From Deltaproteobacteria bacterium (GTDB taxonomy: Bacteria > Myxococcota > Kuafuiibacteriia > Kuafuiibacteriales > Kuafuiibacteriaceae), in contig JAVJQW010000012.1 of the NCBI GenBank assembly GCA_040218735.1, positions 449,940 through 513,939 on the forward strand: 64,000 nucleotides of DNA. Reading direction: 5' to 3'. A program made the position numbers and the translations under genes. Of the stretch, positions 27,061 through 37,412 are shown piece by piece (the stretch's first letter is position 1; every line of letters begins with the position of its first letter). The notes beneath the pieces are model-generated. The model saw nothing but the letters and a program-made list of their open reading frames with translations, searched no databases and was not told where the DNA came from.

Positions 27061-28581
27061 ATGCGTGTCTGGTGGGCTGCGACCATCCTCGTCCTCGGCG
27101 GATGCGTCGATGCGCCCGACGTCGACCAGTCGCAGGCCGGCAACTCGGTCTGCCGCAACGCGTACACCGCGACGCTGCGATCCGACGGACCGTTCTGCGG
27201 GCTCGACAGCTTCGGGCGCTCGATGCGGTGCGCCCCCGGCGACCGCTGCAACGCGATCCAGCTCGGCGGCGGTGACTGCTGCGGCGACGTCGCGTGCGGC
27301 GAGACGTACACCGGGTTCCAGCTCGGCGGCGGCGCGCCGTGCGGCCTGCTCCCTGCGGGCACGCAAACGAACCAGATCGTCGACATCCCGACCTTCTGCC
27401 TCCCCGGCGACCGCTGCACGGGCTCGCGCGCCGGCAACCTCACGGGCAAGGAGTGCACCGTCGTGCAGACGCACAACCTCGCGCCGGGCGTCCCGGTGCC
27501 GCCGATCTACAGCGCGTACCTCGGCGCGGGCGGCGACGGCTGCGGCTTCTACTTCGCGTACCCGACGCCCAACTCGATCGTGGAGATCGCGACGAACTGC
27601 GAGCCCGGCGACACGTGCATCTCGGGCAACCTGTACGGCCTCTGCGAGCCCGGCCCGTCCGCGCAGGTCTGCCCCGGGATGGGTGGCCCGCCACCTCCGC
27701 CTCCGCCGATGCCGCCGGTCGCGCAGTGCCGGGACGTGTCGCTCGTTTCGAACGTCACGTGCGCGGGCTGCGTGTCGGTCGACGACGGCTCCTTCGACCC
27801 GGACAGCTCGACGTTCACGATCACGGAGAGCCCGATGTGTGACTTCGCGCTCGGCGCCACCGTCGTCACGTTGACGATCACCGATGGCGACGGCCTGAGC
27901 GACACCTGCACCGGCGTCGTCACGATCGTCGAGGACGAGCCGCCGGTCATCACCCCCGAGGACGCCGAGGCGGAGTGCGCTGCGCCGGAGGGCACGGCCA
28001 TCACGCTGAACGCATCGGTCACCGACAACTGTGATCCGTCGCCGAGCCTCGGCAACGACGCCCCCGCGCTGTTCCCGCTCGGCACCACGAACGTCACGTG
28101 GACCGCGATCGACGCGAGCGGCAACACGTCGAGCGCCGGCTCCACGGTGACGGTCGTCGACACGACGCCGCCCACCGTCACGGTCGGCGGCGCGGATCCG
28201 CTCTGGCCGCCGAACCACAAGTACGTGCGCTTGGCCCTCGCGGACTGCGACGTGACCATCGTCGATACGTGCGAGGGTGCGCTGACGCTGGAAGAGGCCA
28301 ACGCGACGATCACCTGCGTGTCGTCCGACGAGCCGGAAGAGGTCACCGGCAACGGCGACGGCCACACCTACGACGACATCGTGATCGTCGATGCGCGTAC
28401 CTTCGAAGTGCGGCGCGAGCGCCAGGGCGCGAGCGACGGGCGCATCTACACCGTCGCGTTCGAAGTCGAAGACGGCAACGGCAACGTCACCGCGGCCACC
28501 TGCCAGATCGGTGTGCCGCACGACCGATCGCCGGGCACGGTCGCGATCGACAGCGGCGCGGCGTACACGGTCTGCCGCTGA
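27061..28581 (+). CDS. Cys-rich lipoprotein with an HYR/Ig-like domain
   Basis: Lipobox VLGGC, 3x CxPGDxC, poly-Pro linker, HYR-like FPLGTTNVTWTAIDASGN and a LWPPNHK..GRIYTV C-terminal domain. Confidence 0.82.
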   Translation: MRVWWAATILVLGGCVDAPDVDQSQAGNSVCRNAYTATLRSDGPFCGLDSFGRSMRCAPGDRCNAIQLGGGDCCGDVACGETYTGFQLGGGAPCGLLPAGTQTNQIVDIPTFCLPGDRCTGSRAGNLTGKECTVVQTHNLAPGVPVPPIYSAYLGAGGDGCGFYFAYPTPNSIVEIATNCEPGDTCISGNLYGLCEPGPSAQVCPGMGGPPPPPPPMPPVAQCRDVSLVSNVTCAGCVSVDDGSFDPDSSTFTITESPMCDFALGATVVTLTITDGDGLSDTCTGVVTIVEDEPPVITPEDAEAECAAPEGTAITLNASVTDNCDPSPSLGNDAPALFPLGTTNVTWTAIDASGNTSSAGSTVTVVDTTPPTVTVGGADPLWPPNHKYVRLALADCDVTIVDTCEGALTLEEANATITCVSSDEPEEVTGNGDGHTYDDIVIVDARTFEVRRERQGASDGRIYTVAFEVEDGNGNVTAATCQIGVPHDRSPGTVAIDSGAAYTVCR

Positions 28582-31500
28582 TCAGAGGAGGTGGCGTTCG
28601 ATCGCCTCCGCGAGGCGCACGGCGTTGTCGTCCTTCAACATGCCGAGGTGCGTCCCCGGGGAGCGACACACGTCGAACCGTCCCCGCACGCGCGCGCGCC
28701 AGCCGAGGTCGTCTTCGAGGTGAGGCGCGTAGTCCCGCTGCGCGGCGCGGATCACCAACACGTCGCCGTCGTAGGTCGGATCCGTCGCCTCGTACCGCAG
28801 CGTGCGTTCGTCGAACGCCTCCGTCCGGGCGGCGTCGAGCCGTTCGACCGCATCGACCGGGCGCTTGGGGGCCAAAACGCCGCGCAACCGCTTCTTGAGC
28901 CGCCGCGCGAGCCCGGCGGGGGAGGCGCGTCCCAACACCGCGTCGAGCAGCACGGCGCGCTCCACCGATCGGCCGCTCGCGCGTAGCAGCCGCGCGACTT
29001 CGAACGCGAGGACGCCGCCGAAGGAGACGCCGCACACGACGACCGGCCCCGCTGGCGCGGCTTCGACGATCGCGCGGGTGTAGTCGGCCGCGAGCTGTTC
29101 GACGCTGGGGAGCTCCTCGGCGTCGGCGCGCGTGAGGAACGCGACCTCCGCGGCGGAGAGGACGCCGAAGACCGGTCGTTTGGCGCGAAAGGCCCGAGCG
29201 AGATCTTGGTAGAGGTGCAGGCCGCAGATGCAGAAGACCGGCGCTCCGGCGCCGCCGCGCTCGAGCGGCAACACGGACGTCGCGACGACCGCTCCGTCCG
29301 AGGTCTTCAGCTTCTTCGCCAGCGCCTCGACGGTGGGGTGCTCGAAGAAGCTCGATATCGACACCGAGGCCCCGAAACGTTCCCGGGCGGTCATCAACAT
29401 CGAGACGGCGTGCAGGGAGTGCCCGCCGAGATCGAAGAAGCCGTCCGTGACGCCGATTTCGGCGAGGCCCAGGATGTCGCGCCACAACGTCGCGAGCCGA
29501 ACCTCGAGATCGTTGCGGGGCCGAACGAGGCGCGTCGCCGCCGCGCGCTCGTCGGGGCGCGGAGGTGTCAGCGCTCGTCGGTCGACCTTGCCGTTCGGCG
29601 TGAGTGGGATGTGGTCGATCGGCACGAAGTGCGACGGGATCATGTACGCCGGAAGTGCCTGAGCGAGGGTCGCGCGCAGGTCGGCGACGAACGCTTCGGG
29701 CGCACCCTCGCGCGCGACGACGTACGCGAAGATGCGCGCGTCCCCCGCCTCGTCCGCGTGCACGACGGCGGCGCAGTCTTGGACATCGACGTGCGCACGC
29801 AGGGCGACCTCGATCTCCCCCAGCTCGATCCTGAACCCACGGACCTTGACCTGATCGTCACGTCGGCCGAGGCACTCGTACGTTCCGTCGACACGTCGCC
29901 GCGCGAGGTCCCCGGTTCGGTAGGCGCGGCGCCCCGGGTCGAAGGGGTGCTCGACGAACTTGTCGCGCGACTCCTCCTCGCGGCCGAGGTACCCGCGCGC
30001 GAGGTTCGCGCCGCCGATCCACAGCTCGCCGACCAGTCCGTCCGGGACGAGGGTCCCGGCTTCGGTCGCCACGTACAGCTCGGTGTTGGCGATCGGCCGC
30101 CCGATGCTGACGCGTTCGCCGTCGCGGCCGTCGACTTCGTGGGCCGTGACCCAGATCGTGGCTTCCGTCGGGCCGTAGAGGTTGAAGACCCGACCGCAGC
30201 GGTCCACGAGCGCCCGCGCGAGATCCGGCGGCATCGGCTCGCCGCCACAGAGCACCTTCAGGTCCTCGTGTCCGGTCCAGCCGGCCTCCAGCATCGCCCG
30301 CCACGTCGCGGGTGTCGCTTGCATCACCGTGATGCCGTTCTCCTGGATCGACGTCGCGAGCGCGAGCGGATCGTGGGCGCCGGTATAACTCGAGATGACG
30401 AGCCGCCCGCCGACACACAGCGGGAGGAAGAGCTCGAGGATGGAGATGTCGAACGTCGTCGTGGTGACTGCGAGCAAGCTGTCTTGCTCGGTCATGCCCG
30501 GATGCTGCGCCATGGCCTCCAGGAGGTTCGACAGCGCACCGTGCTCGACCGCGACCCCCTTGGGGGTGCCGGTGGAGCCCGACGTGTAGATGACGTACGC
30601 AATCTGCGTCGAAGCCGGAGTGCGCGCCGGCCGCGTCCGTGTCGCAGCGGCGATCGCCTCGCGCTCCCGGTCGATGCAGACGATGCTCGTCTCGGCCGGC
30701 GCGTCGAGGCTCTTCACGAACCGCGACTCCGTCACGACGACCGCGGGCGCAGCGTGCTCGAGGATGCGCGCCACACGTTCGCGCGGGTGGAGCGGATCGA
30801 TCGGGACGAAGCCGGCCTGGGCGAACACCGTCGCGAGCATCGCAACCGGGAGGTCCACGGACCGATCCAGGCAGATGCCGACGAGCGATCCCGGATCCAC
30901 ACCCTGTCCTTCGAGGTAACTCGCGAGCTCCTCCGCGCGCCGAACGAGCGTCGCGTAGTCCACGCTGTCGCCGTCCGCCTCGACCGCCACGCGGTGCGGG
31001 TGCAGGACGGCGCGGGCCCGGACCGAACGGGCGACACCTCGGCTCGGCAGCGGAACCGAAGGCGAGAGACGGGGCGCCATCGCGACACGCTCCTCGGGCG
31101 TCAGCAGGTCGACGTCCTGGATGCGCTGCTCGGGGTTGGTGAGGAACGCGCGGAGCGCGGCGAGGAAGTGACCGGGTGCGCCGTCGATCCTCGGCCCGGG
31201 GAACGCGTCGGCCGCGAAGTCGAGCTCGAGGTCGAGCCCACCGCCCCCTCGCCGCACGACTTGAATGGCGAGGCTCGCAAAGTGACGCCCTCCGGAGGCC
31301 GTCGACGATCGGTGATCGAGCAACGCGGGCGCGATGCTGGCGGCGGGGCGCGCGCCGCCCCACGACGTCAGCCGCAGATCGAGGACCTGCAGCACGGCGT
31401 CATAGGCGAGGTTGCCGTAGCGGTTGTCGATGGAGTGGCGCGCCCGCGGCGTCGTCTCCGTGAGGTCGCGCTGCACCTTCTTCAGCAGGGACGCGAAGGT

Positions 31501-32526
31501 CTCGTCCGGCTCGACCGTGGCTTCGATCGGGCAGATCTCGGTCATGGGCCCAACGCCATCCTTCGACCGTACGTCGATGGGGACGCCGAGCCCGATGCGC
31601 TCCTGATTCGCGAGGCGCGAGAGGAACGCGATCGTCACCGTCGCGAGGATCGGGATCGACGACGACGTGCGCGCGAGGAGCGTCGGGTGCTCGAGGGTCG
31701 GTGACCGCGACGCGAGCTCGAGGACCTCTTCGGCGCCGAGCGTCACCGTACGCCGGCGTACGGTGAGGCGGTCCCGCCGCGGCGTCGTCCCGTAGAAGGT
31801 GAGCGGCTCGCGCGTGGGCTCGAGGCGCCTCGCCCAGAACGTGGCGTCCAGGTCGGCGTCGCGCGATCCGCGGTAGAGCCGTTCGTCCTCGAGGAACGTC
31901 GCGAAAGCGTCGTCGAGCGTCGGCTCCTTGGCGGCGTACGCACGTGCGACACGGTTGGCGAAGGGCCGCAGCGATCGCGCGTCCGCGACGATCCGATGCA
32001 CGCGGAACGCCCACAGCGAAGTGTCGTCGTCGAGGAACAACGTGCTCGCGTACGCGTGCGACTCCAGCGGGAGTGGCGTCGCCGCCTGCATCGTCACCCA
32101 CGCGTCCCAGCGACGACGCGGAAGATCGTCGATGATCTCACACGGCTGGATCTCGTGGCGCACGCTCGGGACGGGGGTCGCGGACGACGAATCGATCACC
32201 AGCCGGAGCGCGGGTGTCGCACGCACCGCGCGCTCGAACGCCCGGACGAACTGCAGCGGCTCCAGCCGAGTCGGCAGCTCGACCCGCAGCACGTTCTCGA
32301 GCGTGGAGGTCGACGGGTGGATCGTTTGCTGGAGCCACAGGAGGAGCTGGCGCTTGGAGAGCCCGTCGGGCACGTAGTCGCGGCGTAGCGCGAGCAGCGG
32401 ATCCGTCGCTTCGAGGTCGATCGACGGGGGGAGGTCCTCGGTCCGGTTGAAGATCGGTTCGAGATCCCGGGGACGCGTCGTGCGGCCGCGCGCCGCACCG
32501 CGCGAGCTGGAATCGGAGCGCCCCAC
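28582..32526 (-). CDS. Single-module NRPS (C-A[Gly]-T-TE)
   Basis: C1 LSKRQLLLW; A-domain YTSGSTGTPKG, FDIS, NLYGPTE, YRTGDL, QVKVRGFRIELGEIE, LTPNGKVDR; PCP FFDLGGHSL; TE GVSFGG...GTH. The start is uncertain; GTG 32526 avoids overlapping the divergent gene. Confidence 0.92.
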   Translation of the reverse strand: MGRSDSSSRGAARGRTTRPRDLEPIFNRTEDLPPSIDLEATDPLLALRRDYVPDGLSKRQLLLWLQQTIHPSTSTLENVLRVELPTRLEPLQFVRAFERAVRATPALRLVIDSSSATPVPSVRHEIQPCEIIDDLPRRRWDAWVTMQAATPLPLESHAYASTLFLDDDTSLWAFRVHRIVADARSLRPFANRVARAYAAKEPTLDDAFATFLEDERLYRGSRDADLDATFWARRLEPTREPLTFYGTTPRRDRLTVRRRTVTLGAEEVLELASRSPTLEHPTLLARTSSSIPILATVTIAFLSRLANQERIGLGVPIDVRSKDGVGPMTEICPIEATVEPDETFASLLKKVQRDLTETTPRARHSIDNRYGNLAYDAVLQVLDLRLTSWGGARPAASIAPALLDHRSSTASGGRHFASLAIQVVRRGGGGLDLELDFAADAFPGPRIDGAPGHFLAALRAFLTNPEQRIQDVDLLTPEERVAMAPRLSPSVPLPSRGVARSVRARAVLHPHRVAVEADGDSVDYATLVRRAEELASYLEGQGVDPGSLVGICLDRSVDLPVAMLATVFAQAGFVPIDPLHPRERVARILEHAAPAVVVTESRFVKSLDAPAETSIVCIDREREAIAAATRTRPARTPASTQIAYVIYTSGSTGTPKGVAVEHGALSNLLEAMAQHPGMTEQDSLLAVTTTTFDISILELFLPLCVGGRLVISSYTGAHDPLALATSIQENGITVMQATPATWRAMLEAGWTGHEDLKVLCGGEPMPPDLARALVDRCGRVFNLYGPTEATIWVTAHEVDGRDGERVSIGRPIANTELYVATEAGTLVPDGLVGELWIGGANLARGYLGREEESRDKFVEHPFDPGRRAYRTGDLARRRVDGTYECLGRRDDQVKVRGFRIELGEIEVALRAHVDVQDCAAVVHADEAGDARIFAYVVAREGAPEAFVADLRATLAQALPAYMIPSHFVPIDHIPLTPNGKVDRRALTPPRPDERAAATRLVRPRNDLEVRLATLWRDILGLAEIGVTDGFFDLGGHSLHAVSMLMTARERFGASVSISSFFEHPTVEALAKKLKTSDGAVVATSVLPLERGGAGAPVFCICGLHLYQDLARAFRAKRPVFGVLSAAEVAFLTRADAEELPSVEQLAADYTRAIVEAAPAGPVVVCGVSFGGVLAFEVARLLRASGRSVERAVLLDAVLGRASPAGLARRLKKRLRGVLAPKRPVDAVERLDAARTEAFDERTLRYEATDPTYDGDVLVIRAAQRDYAPHLEDDLGWRARVRGRFDVCRSPGTHLGMLKDDNAVRLAEAIERHLL

Positions 32527-32649
32527 GTGCCGGAAGCATCCAAGGTGCCCGTCGTACCCGGCAACTGGCCAAAAGGCGGGATTTCGCGGCCGAACCGGAA
32601 CCGCGATCACGCGCTCGCCTGTCCGAGGGACGTGGTGCACTCTGCGCGC

Positions 32650-33168
32650 GTGCGACGTGCCTGTCTCATCTTGGTCTGGCTCCTCGCCGGATGCCCGGCC
32701 GAGCCCGGAGCGACGCGTGACGCGGGGCCCCCGACCCGCGACGCCGGCCCCGCGCCGGTCGCGGCGTCGCGACCGGACTGGACCGACGCGCCCCCCTCCC
32801 GCGAGGCGAAGATCCTCCGCGCCACCGGGAAGGTGAGCGGTATTCGCAACCCCGCCCTCGCGCGGGCGTCGGCGGACAACCGCGCACGCGCGGCCATCGC
32901 GCGCGAGTACGATCGCTTCGTGGCGTTGGTGGCCGCCGAAGTGAAGGGGACGAACCCGATCGATCCGAAGGCGTTCGTCGCAAACGTCACGACGGGCGTG
33001 CAGATCGTGGATCACTACCGCGACGCCGACAGCCACACGGTCTACGCGCGGGCCGAGCTCGACCTCGGTCCGTTCTTCGAAGCCATGAAGACGGAGCCGT
33101 CGCTCACACCGGAGCAACGCGAAGCGTTCGTCGCGGCGGCCGAGCGCGCGTGGGCTCGGGTCGACTGA
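32650..33168 (+). CDS. LPP20-like lipoprotein
   Basis: GTG at 32650, lipobox LLAGC, PDW, GIRNPALARASADNRARAAIAR and GVQIVDHY..TVYARAELD. Confidence 0.72.
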   Translation: MRRACLILVWLLAGCPAEPGATRDAGPPTRDAGPAPVAASRPDWTDAPPSREAKILRATGKVSGIRNPALARASADNRARAAIAREYDRFVALVAAEVKGTNPIDPKAFVANVTTGVQIVDHYRDADSHTVYARAELDLGPFFEAMKTEPSLTPEQREAFVAAAERAWARVD

Positions 33169-33174
33169 GGTGGC

Positions 33175-33597
33175 TCAGCAGCGCTGCAAGAGCTCGGCGT
33201 CCTGAGGCGTGAGGCACGAATCGGGATCCGGCGGGCTCCCGGGGCACGCGCCGAAGTAACACCGCGCGTAGCGAAGCAACGCCGCCTGACACGCGGGGCT
33301 CTGGCTACGGATGTCCGCCGTGCAGTCGAACACGCAGTCGGACGGGACGGCGCTGCACATGGACGCGAGTGCACAGAGCTCGCGACACACACCGCCCGGC
33401 GTGATCACCTCGGGCTCGATCTCCACACGCTGACGCGGCGGCTCGGGGGCGCCGCCGCGCGACTCGGCCTCGTCGAGGTTCGGAAACTCGGGACCGCCCG
33501 GACGCGCTTGCTCCGGCCCGCGCTCGGGCGCACGCAGCGAACCCGCGTCGCCGCAGGCGGCGAGCCCGAACACCAAGACCAGCAGCGCGCGCCTCAT
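33175..33597 (-). CDS. Small Cys-rich lipoprotein
   Basis: ATG at 33597, MRRALLVLVFGLAAC, followed by CxxxC helical Cys pairs. Confidence 0.75.
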   Translation of the reverse strand: MRRALLVLVFGLAACGDAGSLRAPERGPEQARPGGPEFPNLDEAESRGGAPEPPRQRVEIEPEVITPGGVCRELCALASMCSAVPSDCVFDCTADIRSQSPACQAALLRYARCYFGACPGSPPDPDSCLTPQDAELLQRC

Positions 33598-33601
33598 CAC
33601 G

Positions 33602-34438
33602 TCAGAAGTAATACCGCGCGGCGACGGTGCTTCGGAAGAAGTCCCACGGATCGTTGACCGAGAGCGTCTGAATCCCCGAGCTGCTGAAGCGCACCGCTGT
33701 CTCCCCCACGGCGCGGCGGACACGTTCGTGGGTGAAGCGCGCGCCGACCGACGCCTCGAGCGCCAGCTCCGGCACGCCGATGAAGCCGAACTGAATCTCG
33801 GCGCCGAGCCGCGCGCCGACCTCGAGACGCACGCCCGTCTGCGTCCGCTCGACGGCATCGGTCGGGAACCCACCCATCGTGATCTCGTCCTTGATCCGCC
33901 CGAAGCCGAAGTTCGCCTCGGGGATGGCCAAGAACGTGTAGTGGTCACTCGCGTACAACGCGATCGGCAGGCCGGCGTGCGCGAGGATGCCGAAGGTGTT
34001 CACACCGTCGATCGACACCGTCGCCATGCCCGTCGACTCCTCGCCGCCGGTGGTGAAGAACGCGAGGCCCACCCCGACGTCGACGCCCATCCCTTCGTCC
34101 AACCAAATGCGCGCGCCGAGCGTCGGTGCGACGACGGTCGCGCCATCGATGCCCGTCACGATGTTGCTGACCCCGAACCACCCAACGCCGATCCGATCGA
34201 TCACCTTCGCGTGATCCGTGAGCTCCGGCTCCGCGGCTGCATTCTTCGTCTGAGCGCGGGGCCCCGGAGGCGGATCCGGCGGCCGCGGCGCCGGCGCGGC
34301 TCGAGGCGCGGGCGGCGGTTTGGGCGGCGGTGCGACCCGAGGCGCGGGCGGCGGTTCGGGCCGCCGCGGCATGTCACCCGGTTCGGCGGCGCTGGAGGTC
34401 GTGACCATCGCCAGGACGGCGACGAGCGAGGCGCTCAT
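33602..34438 (-). CDS. Outer-membrane beta-barrel protein with a Pro-rich N-terminal linker
   Basis: Signal peptide, poly-Pro stretch, about 8 amphipathic strands and C-terminal ARYYF. Confidence 0.7.
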   Translation of the reverse strand: MSASLVAVLAMVTTSSAAEPGDMPRRPEPPPAPRVAPPPKPPPAPRAAPAPRPPDPPPGPRAQTKNAAAEPELTDHAKVIDRIGVGWFGVSNIVTGIDGATVVAPTLGARIWLDEGMGVDVGVGLAFFTTGGEESTGMATVSIDGVNTFGILAHAGLPIALYASDHYTFLAIPEANFGFGRIKDEITMGGFPTDAVERTQTGVRLEVGARLGAEIQFGFIGVPELALEASVGARFTHERVRRAVGETAVRFSSSGIQTLSVNDPWDFFRSTVAARYYF

Positions 34439-34495
34439 GGGTTGGAGCGCTTAACCCGATTCAGAGTTCTTCGACAGTATGCGCGCCTCGGCGCG

Positions 34496-37309
34496 TCAGG
34501 AACGCGGAGGACCGTCGGGGCCGATCGGCTTCACGAGGACCTCGCGCTCCCCCTTCGGGCCCATCGCCGGACCCACGACACCCTGCAGCTCCATCATCTC
34601 GACCATGCGCGCGGCTCGGTTGTAACCCACGCGCAACTTACGCTGCAGCGCGGAGATCGACGCCTTCTGCGTGTCGGTCACGATCTTCACCGCGGCGTCG
34701 TAGTGCTCGTCGGCGTCCTCCATGTCGACGCCTTCGCCGTCCTCGTCGTCCTTCTTCGCGAGGATCGTCGGGTCATACTTCGGCTTCGCCTGGCCCTTCC
34801 AGAAGTCGACGACGCGCTCGACCTCGTCCTCACTCACGAACCCACCGTGGATGCGCATCGGCGACGGTGAGTTCACGCCGAGCATCAGGCTGTCACCCAT
34901 CCCCAGGAGGTTCTCGGCGCCCGGGTTGTTGAGGATCGTCGCCGAGTCGTGGCGCGAAGCCACGCGGAACGCGAGGCGCGACGGGAAGTTGTTCTTGATG
35001 ACGCCGGTGATGACATCGGTCGACGGACGCTGTGTCGCGAGCAACACGTGGATGCCCGCCGCACGTGCCTTCTGCGCGAGGCGCTGCACCGACGACTCCA
35101 CATCACGCGGCGCGACGCACATGAGATCCGCGAACTCATCGATGAGTACGACGATATAGGGGAGCTTCTCGGGGAGGTCCTGGCCGGGCCACGGGTCGTG
35201 GATCTTGCCCTTCTCACGGGTGGGCACCATCGAGACCTCGGGCACCTCCTCGGTCTCGCCGAGGCGCGCCGCCTCCGCCGCCTTCGCGCGGGCGGTGTGC
35301 AGCTTCTCGAGGCGTTTGTTGAACGTGTCGATGTCGCGCACCTTCAGCTCGGACAGCAGCTGGTAACGACGCTCCATCTCGTCGACGGCCCACTGCAGCG
35401 CACGCGACGCCTTGCGCGGGTCGGTGACGACGGGGAGGAGCAGGTGCGGAATGTCCTGGTACAGCGACAGCTCCAGCATCTTGGGATCGACCATGATGAA
35501 CTTCACCTGGTCGGGCGTCGCCTTGTAGAGGATCGACAGGATCATCGTGTTGATGCTGACCGACTTACCGGAGCCGGTCGTACCCGCGATCAGCAGGTGA
35601 GGCATCTTCGCGAGGTCACGCACCTGCGCGTCGCCCTCGGCGTCCTTGCCGAGCGCCAGCGTGAGCAACGACTTCGACTTCTTGAAGCGGTCGTGCGCGA
35701 CGATCTCCTTGAGGTAGACGTTCTCGCGTTTGTCGTTCGGCAGCTCGATGCCGACCACACCGCGACCGGGGATCGGCGCGACGATGCGCACGCGCACAGC
35801 CTCCATCGACATCGCGATGTCGTCGGAGAGGTTCGCGATCTTCGACACCTTCACGCCGGGCGCCGGCTGGTACTCGTAGGTCGTGACGACCGGGCCGGGG
35901 CGAATCGCCGCGACCTTGCCCTTCACGCCGTAGGTCTCGAGCTTCTGCTCCAGGCGCGTCGCGCGCGCGCGCAGCTCCGTCTGGTCGATCTCGTCGGGCG
36001 CGTCCCCCTCGTAGTCGAGCAGGTTGATCGGCGGGAGCTGGAAGACCGGCTTCTCCGGCTCCAGCGGCAAGCTGACTTGCGCGGCGTCCTCGTCGAACTT
36101 CGCCTCGGACTTGATGCGCTCGTGGATCTGCGGGCCCTCGCTCGGGACCGTGTCGCCCTCGAGGTCCACCTGGGCTTCGATCGCGCCGGTGGTGATCTCG
36201 TTGGTGTCGTCGTCCTCCTCGGGCGGCTCGGACATGACGACGTCGTCCGGCTCGAACGGATCCTCTTCGTCGTCCGCCTCGACCTGCGAGGTCATGTCGT
36301 AGCGCTCGATCACCTCGACCGCGTCCTCGATGTCGCTGTCGTCCTCCGACGAATCGGCGATCTCGGAGTCGATGATCACCTCCGGCTCGGCGGCCGGACC
36401 CGGGATGTCCAGCTCCACGATCTCCGGCTCGATGACCTCGGGCTCGGACGAGTACCAAGCCTCGTCTTCATCGCCGTCGACGGCGTCGCGCTCCACGCGC
36501 TCGTTGACCTCTTCGCGTGCGATGCGCGCCAGCGCGCGCTCTTCGGCCTTCGCGGTCGCCTTGAGGACGGCGATGCGCTTCTTCTCCTCGAGCGACGCGA
36601 CGAGCTCACGCTCGCGTGCATCGCGATCGATCTTCTCCAGCGCACGCGCCGAGCGCGCCGCCTCCACCAGCTCCGCTTCACGCTTGCGCGCGGCGATGCT
36701 CGCCTCGCGCCACGCACCGAGGCGACCGAAGGTGTGCATCGCGACGAAGCGCGCCGCACCACCCGCGTCGCGCAGCGCGCGCGACAGCGAGAGGTCCGAG
36801 ATGCCGATGACGCCGAGCAGCGTCGCGCCGATCGCGACAAGCGCCGCGCCGACCGGGCCGACGACCGAGGCCATCAGCTCGCCGAGCACCACGCCCACGA
36901 CGCCACCGGCCGGGTGGCTGAGGACGTCGGAGTCCCCCGCGACGAGGTGCGCGAGCACGGTCGCGCCGAGCGTGATGCCGAGCGCGGAGGTCACCGAGAG
37001 CGCCGAGGGCACGCGCACGCGCCCGAAGAGCGTGGCGCCCGCGATGCCGACCAGGCCCAGCCCGACCACGTAGCCGACGACGCCGATGCCCCCGAGCAGC
37101 ACCCGCGCGAGCCGGTCGCCGACCGGCCCCACGAGGTTGTCACCGGCGCCCGGATCGAACGAGAACAGCGCAAAACAGAGCGCTACGGCGACGATCACCA
37201 TCGCCACACCCGCCGCCTCGAAGCCGCGGTGCGGCACGGGCGTGGGCAACACACTCACCGAGGAGGTGTCGGTGGTTGCGGGGAGCTGCTTTTGTTTTCT
37301 CTTCGCCAT
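34496..37309 (-). CDS. ftsK: DNA translocase FtsK
   Basis: N-terminal 4TM domain, acidic linker, PGPVVTTYE, PHLLIAGTTGSGKS, DPKMLEL, IDEFADLM, ATQRPS and gamma domain LQRKLRVGYNRAAR. Confidence 0.97.
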   Translation of the reverse strand: MAKRKQKQLPATTDTSSVSVLPTPVPHRGFEAAGVAMVIVAVALCFALFSFDPGAGDNLVGPVGDRLARVLLGGIGVVGYVVGLGLVGIAGATLFGRVRVPSALSVTSALGITLGATVLAHLVAGDSDVLSHPAGGVVGVVLGELMASVVGPVGAALVAIGATLLGVIGISDLSLSRALRDAGGAARFVAMHTFGRLGAWREASIAARKREAELVEAARSARALEKIDRDARERELVASLEEKKRIAVLKATAKAEERALARIAREEVNERVERDAVDGDEDEAWYSSEPEVIEPEIVELDIPGPAAEPEVIIDSEIADSSEDDSDIEDAVEVIERYDMTSQVEADDEEDPFEPDDVVMSEPPEEDDDTNEITTGAIEAQVDLEGDTVPSEGPQIHERIKSEAKFDEDAAQVSLPLEPEKPVFQLPPINLLDYEGDAPDEIDQTELRARATRLEQKLETYGVKGKVAAIRPGPVVTTYEYQPAPGVKVSKIANLSDDIAMSMEAVRVRIVAPIPGRGVVGIELPNDKRENVYLKEIVAHDRFKKSKSLLTLALGKDAEGDAQVRDLAKMPHLLIAGTTGSGKSVSINTMILSILYKATPDQVKFIMVDPKMLELSLYQDIPHLLLPVVTDPRKASRALQWAVDEMERRYQLLSELKVRDIDTFNKRLEKLHTARAKAAEAARLGETEEVPEVSMVPTREKGKIHDPWPGQDLPEKLPYIVVLIDEFADLMCVAPRDVESSVQRLAQKARAAGIHVLLATQRPSTDVITGVIKNNFPSRLAFRVASRHDSATILNNPGAENLLGMGDSLMLGVNSPSPMRIHGGFVSEDEVERVVDFWKGQAKPKYDPTILAKKDDEDGEGVDMEDADEHYDAAVKIVTDTQKASISALQRKLRVGYNRAARMVEMMELQGVVGPAMGPKGEREVLVKPIGPDGPPRS

Positions 37310-37412
37310 GGCCAGGGACGCTCCCGCAAAGTGTAGGCATCTCGGGATTACGTCAAAAAACTAGCCACGCCCGGCCGCGTATTCGCTTGGGCCGGGGGCA
37401 AGCGCGCGCACG

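Noticed and set aside
25486-28521. Long antisense or alternate-frame ORFs, e.g. 1011 aa here, 6581-9331, 29206-31704, 34949-37336, 48653-51481
   Set aside because: Arg/Ala/Gly-rich shadows of motif-bearing genes, as expected in very GC-rich DNA with few stop codons.
32527-33117. N-terminal extension of the NRPS to 33117 (1511 aa)
   Set aside because: It is antisense to a convincing lipoprotein gene (32650-33168) and has shadow-ORF composition.
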